A stretch of DNA of 64,000 bases from Spirochaetia bacterium. Lineage in GTDB: Bacteria > Spirochaetota > Spirochaetia > WTKD01 > G963693115. The stretch spans positions 81,499 through 145,498 of the forward strand of contig CBDDCA010000002.1 in NCBI GenBank assembly GCA_965226055.1, read 5' to 3'. Numbering within the stretch: the first letter of the stretch is position 1; each line of letters starts with the position of its first letter. The notes under the pieces are model-generated. The model did not search any database. It saw only the letters and a program-made list of their open reading frames with translations, and was not told the origin of the DNA. This document shows, piece after piece, positions 29,874 to 41,135 of this stretch. Made by a program: the position numbers and the translations under genes.

Positions 29874-32800
29874 ATGAATAGTAGCACAAAACAAAAAAAG
29901 AAACAACCAGAACCTCGATATGCATATCCACAAGATAAGGACTTGCACAATGTTAGTCTTGAAAAAGACAGTTGTGGAACAGGATTTATTGTTCATCTAA
30001 AAAAACAAGCCTCGCATACATTAGTACATGATGCTCTTACTATGCTCAAGCGTATGGATCATAGAGGAGCAAGAGGAGCCGAAGTCAACTCTGGGGATGG
30101 AGTTGGCATTATGATTTCTATCCCGCACGAGCTCTTGCAGGAAAAAACAAAAGCACTAGGAATGACCCTGCCAACTGAGGCAGGGAGTTATGCCACAGGC
30201 AATATTTTTCTTCCAAAAGATAAGGAGCATAGGCAGGAGTGTAAAAAGCATTTTTCAATGCTTGCCGATATGTATGGAGTTGCTATCATTGGATGGAGAA
30301 CACTGGAAGTAGACAATAGCTCGTTAGGAAAATCAGCAAAAGCCTGTGAACCTGTTGTTGAACAAGTCTATCTTGTTGCTAAAAAGGAAGTGTCTTCTCA
30401 GTTACAAAAGCTCAATTTTCAACAGAAAGTATATCTTTTGCAGAAAAAGGCAAGCAATAGCATTCGTGGTTCTCACTATGATCCATATAAATTATTCTAT
30501 ATTTGTTCATTATCTTCTGAGACTATTGTATACAAAGGAATGCTTACTACAGAACAATTACAAGAATACTATCTTGATTTACAACATGAAAACTGTAAGT
30601 CATATCTTGCTCTTGTACATTCCCGTTTTTCTACTAATACCTTTCCTAGCTGGGATAGAGCACAGCCTTTTCGTATGATGAGCCATAATGGAGAAATAAA
30701 TACTCTGCTTGGCAATCAAAACAAAATGAATGCACGTCAGCAGATAATGGAAAGTGCATCCTATGGTGAGCTGTTGTCTGATATATATCCTATTATAGCA
30801 CAGGACACTTCTGATAGTGGCGCGCTTGATAATACTATGGAATTTCTCTATAATAATGGATGTTCTCTTGATAAAATCGTATGTATGATGATACCCGAAG
30901 CATGGCAGCATGATGATCTTATGACAGAAGAAAGAAAGGCAATGTATCAAGCATATAGCTGTATTATGGAACCATGGGATGGCCCTGCTTGTATTACATT
31001 TACTGATGGTCGTTATGTTGGAGCAGTCATTGACAGAAACGGATTGCGTCCAAGCAGATATTATGTTACCAATCAAGATACTGTTATTATGGCAAGTGAG
31101 TTTGGAGTTGTCGAAGTAGATCAAAACACAGTCATAAAAAAAGATAGACTGCAGCCAGGCAAAGTATTTCTCATTGATACTCATACTCATACAATAGTGA
31201 GTGATGAAGATATTAAAAAGCATTTAGAAACGCAACAACCATATAGTTCATGGCTACAGAATCAGCAAATAAGAATGCAAGACTTAGAAGAGCAGAACAT
31301 TGAGACAATTTCAGAAGCAGAGATAGAGCGAAGAACACTGAGTTATGGATACACAAAAGAAGATGCTTTGTTTTTACTAAAACCAATGGTAGAGCTTGCA
31401 AAAGAGCCTATAGGTTCTATGGGAAATGATGTTGCTCTTGCTTGTTTATCAGAACAACCCCGATTACTCTATGATTATTTTAAGCAGTGGTTTGCCCAAG
31501 TGACCAACCCTCCTATTGATTCAATACGAGAGAGAGTTATTATGAGTATAGGATCGTATATAGGAAGAGAGAGTAATATACTGAACATGGATGAGCATCA
31601 ATGTAATAGGATTTGGATAGATCATCCAGTGCTTACTCATAAAGAATTTTTTAAGTTACAACATTTGAACTATAAAGGATGGAAATCGCGTACTATTGAT
31701 ATAAGTTATCCTATTGCTGACGGAGAAGAGGGATTACAAAAAGCAGTAGAAGCAGTAAAAAAGAAAGCCGAAGAAGTGGCAGCAGACGATGTGCAAGTTA
31801 TTATTTTAAGTGACAGGCGTATAAGCAAAGATCGAGTTGCCATGAGTGCTCTTATGGCAGTAAGTGCAGTACACCATCATCTTATTGAGAAAAAATTACG
31901 TTCAAATGTTGCTATTGTCATAGATTCTGGCGAGCCACGTGAGGTACATCATTTTTGTACTCTTATAGGCTATGGGGGAGATGCTATCTTTCCTTATCTT
32001 GCATTTGAATTACTGTATAAAATGCATGGTGAACACGTTATTGATACCAGCATAGCAAAAGAAGATATTGATAGCCGTTTTTTGAAAGCCATTGAATACG
32101 GTATATGCAAAGTAATAGCAAAGATGGGAATATCTACCATTGATAGCTATCGAGGTTCACAAATTTTTGAAGCAGTTGGATTAGGAAAGGATGTTATAGA
32201 CTCTTGTTTTCAAGGTACTGTATCTCGCCTTGAAGGTATTAGCTTTAAGGAAATTGCAAAAGAATATATGCAACTACATCAAAAAGGCTACAGTGGTACT
32301 ATTGATACTACTGTAGTAGGGGCAAATATTATCAATTTAGGAAACTTTCAGTGGAGAGAAGAAGGATTGCAGCATATGTGGGATCCCGAATCAGTTGCTC
32401 TTTTTCAACACGCTTTACGTGCAAACGATAAAACGCTTTTTGATGCATTTGCAGAAAGACAAAATACACGTTCAGCATCACAGGCTACCATACGAGGCTT
32501 ATTTCGTTTTTCAAAGCAAGAGCCTGTGCCTATTGAAAAAGTAGAACCTGTAAGTGAAATTGTAAAACGTTTTGCCACAGGAGCAATGAGTTATGGCTCA
32601 ATCTCACAAAAGGCACATGAAGCAATAGCGATTGGGATGAACAGAATAGGAGCAAAATCTAACACAGGGGAAGGAGGAGAACTTTCTGAACGATTTATTC
32701 CTATGGCAAATGGAGATAGTAAGCGTTCTGCAATAAAACAAGTAGCTTCGGGGCGTTTTGGGGTTACCATAGAATATCTTGCAAATTCTGATGAAATACA

Positions 32801-34466
32801 GATAAAGATGGCACAGGGAGCAAAGCCTGGTGAAGGAGGTGAGCTTCCGGGAAAGAAAGTTCTCACTAAAATAGCACAAACACGACATTCTATACCTGGT
32901 ATTGGGCTTATTAGTCCGCCACCTCATCATGATATATATTCTATTGAAGATTTAGCACAGTTAATTTATGACTTAAAAAATGCTAATCCAGATGCACGTA
33001 TTAGTGTAAAACTTGTATCAAAAGCAGGAGTAGGAGTCATTGCAGCAGGGGTAGCAAAAGGAAAAGCAGATCATATTCTCATATCTGGGCATGATGGAGG
33101 CACAGGGGCATCGCCTCTTACGAGTATTAAACACGCAGGGCTTCCTTGGGAATTAGGGATAGCAGAAACACATCAGGTGCTTGTACGCAATGGCTTACGT
33201 TCAAGAGTTATATTACAGACAGATGGACAACTAAAAACAGGCCGTGACCTTGCGATAGCAGCGATACTTGGAGCAGAAGAGTTTGGGTTTGCTACTTCTG
33301 CACTTATTGCGTTAGGCTGTATTATGATGAGAAAATGTGAACTAAATACATGCCCAGTCGGTGTTGCTACCCACGATGAAAAGCTAGTAGATAAATTTAC
33401 AGGGAAACCAGAATATATTGAACGAATGATGCACTTTATTGCAGAAAATTTACGAGAAGTCATGGCTTCCATTGGCATTACAAAAGTGGAGGATCTTATA
33501 GGAAGAACAGATTTACTTGAAATAGATGAAACTGTCTTAAATTGGAAATCTCGTACCTTAAATCTCAACCCTTTATTAGGAAAAGAAATTGGAGAAGAGG
33601 CAAGTTTGCAGCAGTATTGTAGTATAAGTCAAGATCATGGACTAGATTCTGTACTGGATAGACAAATTTTAGCTGATTTTCAAGAAAGTATTGATACAAA
33701 AGCAGTTCAGAAAAAAGAATATCGTATTAAAAATACTGATAGAGCAGTAGGGACTATTGTGAGTAATGCTATTGCAAAAAAATATGGCTTGAAAGGGTTG
33801 CACGAAGATAGTATTCAAGTACATGTAGATGGTCATGCAGGGCAAAGTTTTGGGGCTTTTCTTGCACATGGTGTTACATTGCGACTAAGTGGCGATGCAA
33901 ACGATTATGTAGGAAAAGGCTTATCAGGAGGAGTTTTAGAAATAGTACCTCAAGAAAAAAGAGCCTTTGTTCCTGAAGATAATATTATTGTAGGAAATGT
34001 AGTACTCTACGGAGCAGTGTTAGGAAAAGCATTTATTAACGGAAAGGCAGCGGAACGTTTTTGTATACGAAATAGTGGAGCACATGCAGTAGTAGAGGGA
34101 GCAGGAGCACATGCATGTGAATACATGACTGGTGGCCGTGTTCTTATTCTTGGAGAAGTAGGAAGAAATTTTTGTTCAGGTATGAGTGGTGGATTAGTGT
34201 ATGTGTGGGATATAGAAAAAACTGTATCACCTAATTTACATAACCCTCTTGCAAAAATATATAAAATAAATGCGTATGATGTAGATGAGATACAATCAAT
34301 GTTGCAAGAACACTATAAAAGAACAGCTTCTTCACGAGCCGAGTATTTATTACATAACTGGGATATTGAAATACGAAACTTTGTGAAAGTAGGCACAGAA
34401 GAATTTGTTTCGATAATTGATAATCAGAGAGACATGTTACTTGAATCAAAAAAAGGAGCTATATAA
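29874..34466 (+). CDS. gltB: Glutamate synthase large subunit
   Basis: EKDSCGTGF, HSRFSTNT, EPWDGPA, GAMSYGSIS, IKQVASGRFGV, QGAKPGEGG, GXGXG domain; AGGAG RBS favours ATG 29874. Confidence 0.98.
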   Translation: MNSSTKQKKKQPEPRYAYPQDKDLHNVSLEKDSCGTGFIVHLKKQASHTLVHDALTMLKRMDHRGARGAEVNSGDGVGIMISIPHELLQEKTKALGMTLPTEAGSYATGNIFLPKDKEHRQECKKHFSMLADMYGVAIIGWRTLEVDNSSLGKSAKACEPVVEQVYLVAKKEVSSQLQKLNFQQKVYLLQKKASNSIRGSHYDPYKLFYICSLSSETIVYKGMLTTEQLQEYYLDLQHENCKSYLALVHSRFSTNTFPSWDRAQPFRMMSHNGEINTLLGNQNKMNARQQIMESASYGELLSDIYPIIAQDTSDSGALDNTMEFLYNNGCSLDKIVCMMIPEAWQHDDLMTEERKAMYQAYSCIMEPWDGPACITFTDGRYVGAVIDRNGLRPSRYYVTNQDTVIMASEFGVVEVDQNTVIKKDRLQPGKVFLIDTHTHTIVSDEDIKKHLETQQPYSSWLQNQQIRMQDLEEQNIETISEAEIERRTLSYGYTKEDALFLLKPMVELAKEPIGSMGNDVALACLSEQPRLLYDYFKQWFAQVTNPPIDSIRERVIMSIGSYIGRESNILNMDEHQCNRIWIDHPVLTHKEFFKLQHLNYKGWKSRTIDISYPIADGEEGLQKAVEAVKKKAEEVAADDVQVIILSDRRISKDRVAMSALMAVSAVHHHLIEKKLRSNVAIVIDSGEPREVHHFCTLIGYGGDAIFPYLAFELLYKMHGEHVIDTSIAKEDIDSRFLKAIEYGICKVIAKMGISTIDSYRGSQIFEAVGLGKDVIDSCFQGTVSRLEGISFKEIAKEYMQLHQKGYSGTIDTTVVGANIINLGNFQWREEGLQHMWDPESVALFQHALRANDKTLFDAFAERQNTRSASQATIRGLFRFSKQEPVPIEKVEPVSEIVKRFATGAMSYGSISQKAHEAIAIGMNRIGAKSNTGEGGELSERFIPMANGDSKRSAIKQVASGRFGVTIEYLANSDEIQIKMAQGAKPGEGGELPGKKVLTKIAQTRHSIPGIGLISPPPHHDIYSIEDLAQLIYDLKNANPDARISVKLVSKAGVGVIAAGVAKGKADHILISGHDGGTGASPLTSIKHAGLPWELGIAETHQVLVRNGLRSRVILQTDGQLKTGRDLAIAAILGAEEFGFATSALIALGCIMMRKCELNTCPVGVATHDEKLVDKFTGKPEYIERMMHFIAENLREVMASIGITKVEDLIGRTDLLEIDETVLNWKSRTLNLNPLLGKEIGEEASLQQYCSISQDHGLDSVLDRQILADFQESIDTKAVQKKEYRIKNTDRAVGTIVSNAIAKKYGLKGLHEDSIQVHVDGHAGQSFGAFLAHGVTLRLSGDANDYVGKGLSGGVLEIVPQEKRAFVPEDNIIVGNVVLYGAVLGKAFINGKAAERFCIRNSGAHAVVEGAGAHACEYMTGGRVLILGEVGRNFCSGMSGGLVYVWDIEKTVSPNLHNPLAKIYKINAYDVDEIQSMLQEHYKRTASSRAEYLLHNWDIEIRNFVKVGTEEFVSIIDNQRDMLLESKKGAI

Positions 34467-35920
34467 TGGGAAAAACAACAGGCTTTATGGAATATGAAAA
34501 AGAATCTATCCAATATCGCGATCCAAAGGAACGCATAAAAGATTTTGATGAATACTTATTATCTTTTCCTGAAGATGAGCGGAAACTACAAGGGGCGCGT
34601 TGTATGGATTGTGGTATTCCTTTTTGTCATTCTTCGTACGGATGCCCTGTAGATAATTTGATACCTGAGTGGAATCATCTTATATATAAAGGGCAATGGA
34701 AAGAAGCATATGTTAGATTGCGAAAAACAAATAATTTTCCAGAATTTACTGGACGTGTGTGTCCTGCCCCTTGTCAAACAGCATGTGTGTTAGGCATTAA
34801 CGAAGAGCCAGTTACCATTAAAGATAACGAATATACCATTATCGAAAAAGCCTATGAAGAAGGATGGGTACAGCCTGATCCTCCAAAATTTCGCAATAAT
34901 AAAAAAATTGCTATAGTAGGCAGTGGCCCTGCAGGATTAGCTGCAGCAGATCAGCTTAATCATCTTGGGTATACTGTTACCCTATATGAAAGAGATGATA
35001 GAATTGGCGGCTTACTTATGTATGGTATTCCTAATATGAAGCTCAACAAAGAATTAGTAGAAAAAAGAAATAATATTATGCAAGAAGAAGGCGTTATTTT
35101 TTCATTAAATACGGATATAGGAAAAGATATTAAAGTTCAACAAGTATTAGAAAACAATGATGCTCTATTGCTTACCTGTGGAGCAACAAAGCCGAGAGAT
35201 CTTGCTATTCCTGGTCGTGATTTAGAAGGCATACATTTCGCTATGGATTTTCTAAAACTAAATACAAAAAGTCTTTTGGATAGCAATTTATCGGACGGAA
35301 AGTTTATTAGTGCAAAAGGAAAAAAGGTGCTTGTTATAGGCGGGGGAGATACAGGGAATGATTGTATAGGTACTTCTATGCGTCATGGGTGTACTTCTCT
35401 ATTCAATTTTGAGCTTCTCTCTAAGCCTCATCCGCAAAGAAGTGCCCAAGATCCATGGCCTTTGTATCCTCGAGTACTCAAAAATGATTATGGACATGTG
35501 GAAGTACAAGCAAAATTTGGGAAAGATCCAAGAGAATTTTCTATACTCACAAAAGAATTTCTTAGTAAAGATGGAAAAACTGTCTCAGGGGTGCGTACAG
35601 TAAAAGTTGTGTGGGAGAAAAAAGATTCAGCATCACGTCCTGTACCAGTAGAAGTTCCTCACTCAGAAGAAATATGGGATGTTGATCTTGTATTGCTTGC
35701 ACTAGGATTTTTAGGTCCTGAAGATTATCTCATTGACACATTATCGCTTGAACGTGATACAAGAACGAATGTAAAAACATCACTCAATAAGTATGCCACT
35801 TCTTTTGATAAAGTATTTTCTGCAGGAGATATGCGCAGAGGACAATCTTTAGTAGTATGGGCTATACATGAAGGACGCAAGGCAGCAGAAGAAATACATC
35901 AGTATCTTACTCATTCATGA
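34466..35920 (+). CDS. gltD: Glutamate synthase small subunit
   Basis: RCMDCGIPFC, NNFPEFTGRVCPAPC, GSGPAG, IGGGDTG.DC, GDMRRGQSLVVWAI. Confidence 0.98.
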   Translation: MGKTTGFMEYEKESIQYRDPKERIKDFDEYLLSFPEDERKLQGARCMDCGIPFCHSSYGCPVDNLIPEWNHLIYKGQWKEAYVRLRKTNNFPEFTGRVCPAPCQTACVLGINEEPVTIKDNEYTIIEKAYEEGWVQPDPPKFRNNKKIAIVGSGPAGLAAADQLNHLGYTVTLYERDDRIGGLLMYGIPNMKLNKELVEKRNNIMQEEGVIFSLNTDIGKDIKVQQVLENNDALLLTCGATKPRDLAIPGRDLEGIHFAMDFLKLNTKSLLDSNLSDGKFISAKGKKVLVIGGGDTGNDCIGTSMRHGCTSLFNFELLSKPHPQRSAQDPWPLYPRVLKNDYGHVEVQAKFGKDPREFSILTKEFLSKDGKTVSGVRTVKVVWEKKDSASRPVPVEVPHSEEIWDVDLVLLALGFLGPEDYLIDTLSLERDTRTNVKTSLNKYATSFDKVFSAGDMRRGQSLVVWAIHEGRKAAEEIHQYLTHS

Positions 35921-35978
35921 TCATATATACTAAAAGTAAGTATTAGTATATTGTAGTATACTATATCTTATATAGCAT

Positions 35979-36791
35979 ATGTCAACAATTTTAGATACCA
36001 TTATACAGAAGAAAATACAAGAAGAAGCTCATAAATGGAATATTTTTGATAGAGAGAAAGCTCTTTACCAACATCAGTTACATACAGAGTATAGAATACC
36101 ATCTTGCCTTACTATTGATACTCATAGGAATGCTCCACTCAAACTCATTGCTGAAATAAAACAAGCGTCTCCTTCGCAAGGCATAATCTGTGAAGACTTT
36201 GATCCTGTAAACATTGCTAGGCAATATGTTACTTCAAAAGCTCATGCAATATCGATATTAACAGAAAAGCATTACTTTAAGGGCAGTCTCGAAGATTTAT
36301 ATTCGGTACGAAAAGAAGTTTCGCTTCCTTTGCTCTGTAAAGATTTTATAGTAGATTGTTACCAAGTGTACCAAGCGTATATATATGGGGCAGATATAAT
36401 GTTACTTATTGTAGCAGCATTGGATGATTCTATGCTGAGAATGTTATTTGATTATATACGAGGCTTTGGTATGCAAAGTTTAATTGAAGTACACACAAAG
36501 CAAGAGTTAGAAAGAGTGTTTTCTGTATTTTCAAATGAAGAGCTAATACAAGCGCATGCTCTCGTAGGAATCAATAATAGAAACTTACATAATTTTTCTG
36601 TAGATTTATATACAACAGAAAGCATTGCACCATACATTCCTTCCAACATAGCTATTGTTGCAGAATCAGGAATATTTAGTAAGCAAGACGCTATGTTTGT
36701 AAAAAATGCAGGAGCTCATGCAATTCTTGTAGGGCAAGGCATATTACAGCATGGCTCTATATCTACTGTCATTCGGGAGTTGATATCCTAA
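35979..36791 (+). CDS. trpC: Indole-3-glycerol phosphate synthase
   Basis: IAEIKQASPSQG, ISILTE, LCKDF, GINNRNL, VAESGI. Confidence 0.95.
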   Translation: MSTILDTIIQKKIQEEAHKWNIFDREKALYQHQLHTEYRIPSCLTIDTHRNAPLKLIAEIKQASPSQGIICEDFDPVNIARQYVTSKAHAISILTEKHYFKGSLEDLYSVRKEVSLPLLCKDFIVDCYQVYQAYIYGADIMLLIVAALDDSMLRMLFDYIRGFGMQSLIEVHTKQELERVFSVFSNEELIQAHALVGINNRNLHNFSVDLYTTESIAPYIPSNIAIVAESGIFSKQDAMFVKNAGAHAILVGQGILQHGSISTVIRELIS

Positions 36792-36798
36792 CTTTGTT

Positions 36799-37572
36799 AT
36801 GAATAAAAAAAGTGATAATACATCATTGCATAAGGTACATGTAAAATACTGTGGCTTAAAGACAGTCGATGATATTTTGTGTGCATCAGAATGTAATATA
36901 GATTATATAGGACTTATGTTTTATAAAAAATCATCACGTTTTCTCTCTATACAACAGGCAAAATCTGTACTGGAGCAAGCAAAAAAACAGAGGAAAGGAA
37001 TATTTTTTCCAAAAGTTGTTGGGGTATTTGTTGATAGCCATTTTGATGAAATTCAAACAGCTATAGCGTATCTTAATTTAGATATAGTTCAGCTGTATTC
37101 TGGATATATAGAATATGCACAATATACATGTCCGTATTGGTCTTCAATACGAGTGAAAGAACATAACGATATTGTTGCTTTAGAAACTATACTTTATGAG
37201 AAAGATAAAGAAGAAAACAGAGGTGTCAATACGGTATCGGATATACAACATAATAAAGGGAGTCTCACCGCTATGAGTGCTCAACAAATATTGCATTCAA
37301 ATGCACTTATTATTGATTCCTATTCTGCTACTGCGTATGGAGGAACAGGGGAAGCATTTAACTGGGATGTACTTAAAAATACAGCTATCTCAATACCCTA
37401 TTTTATTGCTGGAGGTATTAGGGAGGAAAATGTCAAAGAGGTACTCATGCATGCTCCATATGGTATTGACATAAGCTCAGGAATAGAAAAAACTCCAGGA
37501 GTAAAAGATCATACGCTTATGAGAAACATAGCAAATATTGTACAACAGTATAATATTTCTGTTATGAAATAA
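36799..37572 (+). CDS. trpF: Phosphoribosylanthranilate isomerase
   Basis: VKYCGL, VGVFV, GGTGEAFNW, IAGGI, GIDISSGIE.TPGVKD. Confidence 0.92.
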   Translation: MNKKSDNTSLHKVHVKYCGLKTVDDILCASECNIDYIGLMFYKKSSRFLSIQQAKSVLEQAKKQRKGIFFPKVVGVFVDSHFDEIQTAIAYLNLDIVQLYSGYIEYAQYTCPYWSSIRVKEHNDIVALETILYEKDKEENRGVNTVSDIQHNKGSLTAMSAQQILHSNALIIDSYSATAYGGTGEAFNWDVLKNTAISIPYFIAGGIREENVKEVLMHAPYGIDISSGIEKTPGVKDHTLMRNIANIVQQYNISVMK

Positions 37573-38363
37573 CAACACAAAGAAAGTTTTTTATACTACA
37601 ATAACTATTGTATATGATACTATTATGCAATAAAACAAACAGTAAGGAGTATTTGTATGAAAGATAGCTACAAAAGTAAAGGGCTACAGAGCCTGAAAAT
37701 TGAGGGGGTACACTCTTGATATAAGAAAAACCTACCTATAGTATTTGCACTATTTTTAGTGCTAGCAATAGCTACCTTCGTACTCGTAGGATGTTCGGAG
37801 GGCAGTAGCAGTTCCTCAGGCAGAGAGGGAACACCAATAACACCGACACTCGCATCAGTGTCCAATGTGCAGATACAAGCAGCAGGCAATGACGTGACAC
37901 TCTCGTTACGCTGGGAAGCTCCCAGTGATGCTACACATGTAGTTATAACGACAACATCTATAACGCCATCTATAGTATCAGCACAATCAATACAAGCGTG
38001 TACTCCTTCAATAGAATACCTTACATTATTTCAACAAGACAGATCCTACACCCTCAGAGGCTTGCATTCTACCACTGATTATACAGTAGAGATAGAAGCC
38101 CAAAAATCAGACGCAGGCTCAGACACAGAAGTATCACCAAAAACAACACGCTCTGTGACAACACTGACCGATGAAACTGCACCGCAGGACACCTTTACAC
38201 GGGTAGCAGTAGAGAAAGCATAAAACGATAGTATAAAGCTAACATGGGACAAAGCACTATTATCGTCAGGCAAGACAGACATAGCAGAAGCCACATACAA
38301 GTGATAAAGACAGAAGTATCGGTACAAGATGTAACACAAGGAGAAGTGAGCATTGCTGTCCCC

Positions 38364-39577
38364 TGGAGTTTTACCATTTCGTGTGAACCCTTTTGATAAA
38401 ATCAGTGTACCACAAAATTTCTATTATGCCAAGTGTGTAGAGTTCGTGTTGTAAGGAAAGTATCAACAATAAGAGGGCGCAGAGTAAGCACACAAGGATC
38501 CAGAGAAGGACTTTTTTCTTTGAGTAATATAGCAGGAGAGCCGTGTTTATAAGAGTTATGGCGTTGATGATTAAAGCTATATTGATACTCACTACTTAAG
38601 TGTAAAAAAGTACTGAGAGTAGGATTCTGCATTTTTGCATAGCATTCAGTTTCAATAAGTTTATGAGAAGCCTCGACATCAGAATTGTAAGGAGGAGAAG
38701 CATATGGGATAGTAGTATGCTGTGCCTCATATGCCGCAAGAGAAGCAACAAAAGCAGACTGTTTTGTACTAAAAGCCCCTGAGATAAACTCAGAGCCATT
38801 ATCAGTTTGAATAGTAATAGAGGAAGTATCAACGTGAAAAGAAGCAAGATGAGTAAGCAGATATTCAATAAACAAAGCGGTGTGAGAAGAGCTTTTTTGA
38901 GTGGCAAAGCATATCCATAAAGCCCCTGTAGCAACATCGCGTGCGGTAATTTGATACTTTGGGAGGCAAAATTTGCGTAATGAGAAGTATAATTCGGGGA
39001 TATCAGTAAGATATTTAATGTCTACTTGTATTTTGTGACAAAATTGAAGTAGTGTTTTCCATAGGCGTGCTTCTTGGTTTCTTTGTGCTTTTTGCTTTTT
39101 ACTTGTCTTATAATACCCCATCTTTCTCAGATACTTAATAATAGTTTTTATGGAATAAGGAATATGATACTCTCGTTTTATATGAGAGGCAATACATCGT
39201 TGATGATAATGCTGTAATGTTTCGCATATCTCTTTGAGTTTTAACTGATAGTAAAGTATCATAGTATCTGGATGCTCTACTGAAGCAGGACGTCTATCAT
39301 AGAGCATAGCTTTAGGCTTCTCTTTGTATCTTTGCAACCACTTGCGTACGGTATTAGGAGATACATGAAAGATACGAGCAGTACTTTTGATACCGTGTTC
39401 TTTTGCAGAAAGTGCTATAGCTAAGCGTACTTTATGCAGTTCTTTTTGATTTCTTGTATTATAAAGTGTAGAGTATATCATGTACTCACCCCCTTTTTTT
39501 GTTTTTGTTTGTTATTTCCATGATAGTATAATTACTATCATGGATTTTGGGGGTTCACACAAGATGGTAAAAGTACA
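38364..39577 (-). mobile_element. IS481-family insertion sequence, 1214 bp
   Basis: 27-bp terminal inverted repeats (23/27 match; 38364-38390 and 39551-39577) and a 14-bp target duplication gcattgctgtcccc (38350-38363, 39578-39591). Confidence 0.92.
38402..39481 (-). CDS. DDE (rve-type) transposase
   Basis: N-terminal HTH (TARIFHVSPNTVRKW); D-D-E in IQVDIKY, IQTDNGSEF and NSDVEASH. Confidence 0.92.
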   Translation of the reverse strand: MIYSTLYNTRNQKELHKVRLAIALSAKEHGIKSTARIFHVSPNTVRKWLQRYKEKPKAMLYDRRPASVEHPDTMILYYQLKLKEICETLQHYHQRCIASHIKREYHIPYSIKTIIKYLRKMGYYKTSKKQKAQRNQEARLWKTLLQFCHKIQVDIKYLTDIPELYFSLRKFCLPKYQITARDVATGALWICFATQKSSSHTALFIEYLLTHLASFHVDTSSITIQTDNGSEFISGAFSTKQSAFVASLAAYEAQHTTIPYASPPYNSDVEASHKLIETECYAKMQNPTLSTFLHLSSEYQYSFNHQRHNSYKHGSPAILLKEKSPSLDPCVLTLRPLIVDTFLTTRTLHTWHNRNFVVH

Positions 39578-41135
39578 GCATTGCTGTCCCCACCATAGAC
39601 GGCATAAGCTATGATATAGTAGTATTATACAAAGATAGCAACGGTAACAAAAGTACCGCAAAGCAAGCACTCAGAGGTATAGTACCCTCAGCACTCTCAC
39701 AAACAGTAGCAGCGCTCCCAGAGGCAGATCTTACAGTAACAGCAAACGATAAAAGCAATAGCCCAGCAGATGAAAGCTTGCTTATTAAGTGAGGAAATGT
39801 TATCTTTACAGATAAAAGCCTCTAAGTACGAGTAACAGCAACAAATATTCTCATAGCATACGAAACAGTGAGCAATAGCAGTACTGCCAAACTCAGATCT
39901 GCAAGTGCAGACAACTAAGAGTACGCCACTGTATATGTAGCAAAGGACGGCATAGCCCTCACAAAACTCTATGGCACGCTTACCTACAAAGTAGAAGTAC
40001 ATGTCTCTAAAAATGGAAAGTACTCCACTGCAGTGTCAAAAGAACAAGCAACAACAGACAAAAGCACAGAGCCTGTAAGCAATGTGAGTGCCATAGGAGG
40101 ATCAACAAGCATAGTAGTAGGCTGGCAAGCCCCCGATGTACGAGATTATGCAGGAGTAACTATAACAGCAACAGAAAAGGACAGCACCCGATGCAGTAAC
40201 AAGCATACAAGCAAGCTATCCCTTTGTATCAAATACAAAAGTAGGCACACAGATAACATGGACAGCCCCGATACAATAAAAGCCAACAACAAAGACATAA
40301 AAGAATATAGCATAAGCATACAATAGAAAGGCACAAGTACTGCAGTACTGAGTGAGAATAAAATACCCTATTCCACAACAGCACTCTCTGTAGAAGAACT
40401 CACGCAAAGCAAAACATATACAATAACAATACTCAGCTATGATTACTCAGAAAACAAAAGTAGCAAAGCTATACAAGACATAACCACACCTCACTCACTC
40501 ACAGCTCCCTCAGAAGATCTCTTTCAAAGCAAGCCTACACTTGACACAAGTACAGGAGCAATACAAATAAAAGCAACTTTTAAGAATGCTCCTGGCATAG
40601 GAAGATACTACATCCTGCGTATGAAAGATGGCACTACACTGGTAGCAGAAAAAAGCATAACAGGAATAGCAACCATCACTAGCTTTGGGATAGCAGACGG
40701 CTTAGAGGTACCCAAGAAACAAGCAAATGCCAATAATTATCGCTTTGATTTTTTGCAAATAGCAAATAATAGAGTAAGCCATGTAACCACTCTTGCTGAT
40801 GCAGTAGCAGTATACGACAGTACCTCAAAGCCACTGCCAGCTCCCAAAGATGCAAAGCTCTCCATAGTGTCAGTAACCCAAACAACCGCAACAGCAGTCT
40901 ATACATTTAGTGCAGGAGACAGTACTGATACTAACAAAGCACCCAGTGGAAGCAAACTCATGCAAGCACAAATACAATACAAAGTATACATAGCAGCAGG
41001 AGACCATAGCACAAAGACACTAGACGAAATAAAAGTCCTTGCAGGAGTACAAACACGGGAGCTAGCAGGAAACAGTGCAGAATTAAAAGCAATATTTATA
41101 AGAAAGAAAGATGCAACATATACTGCAGGAATAGA

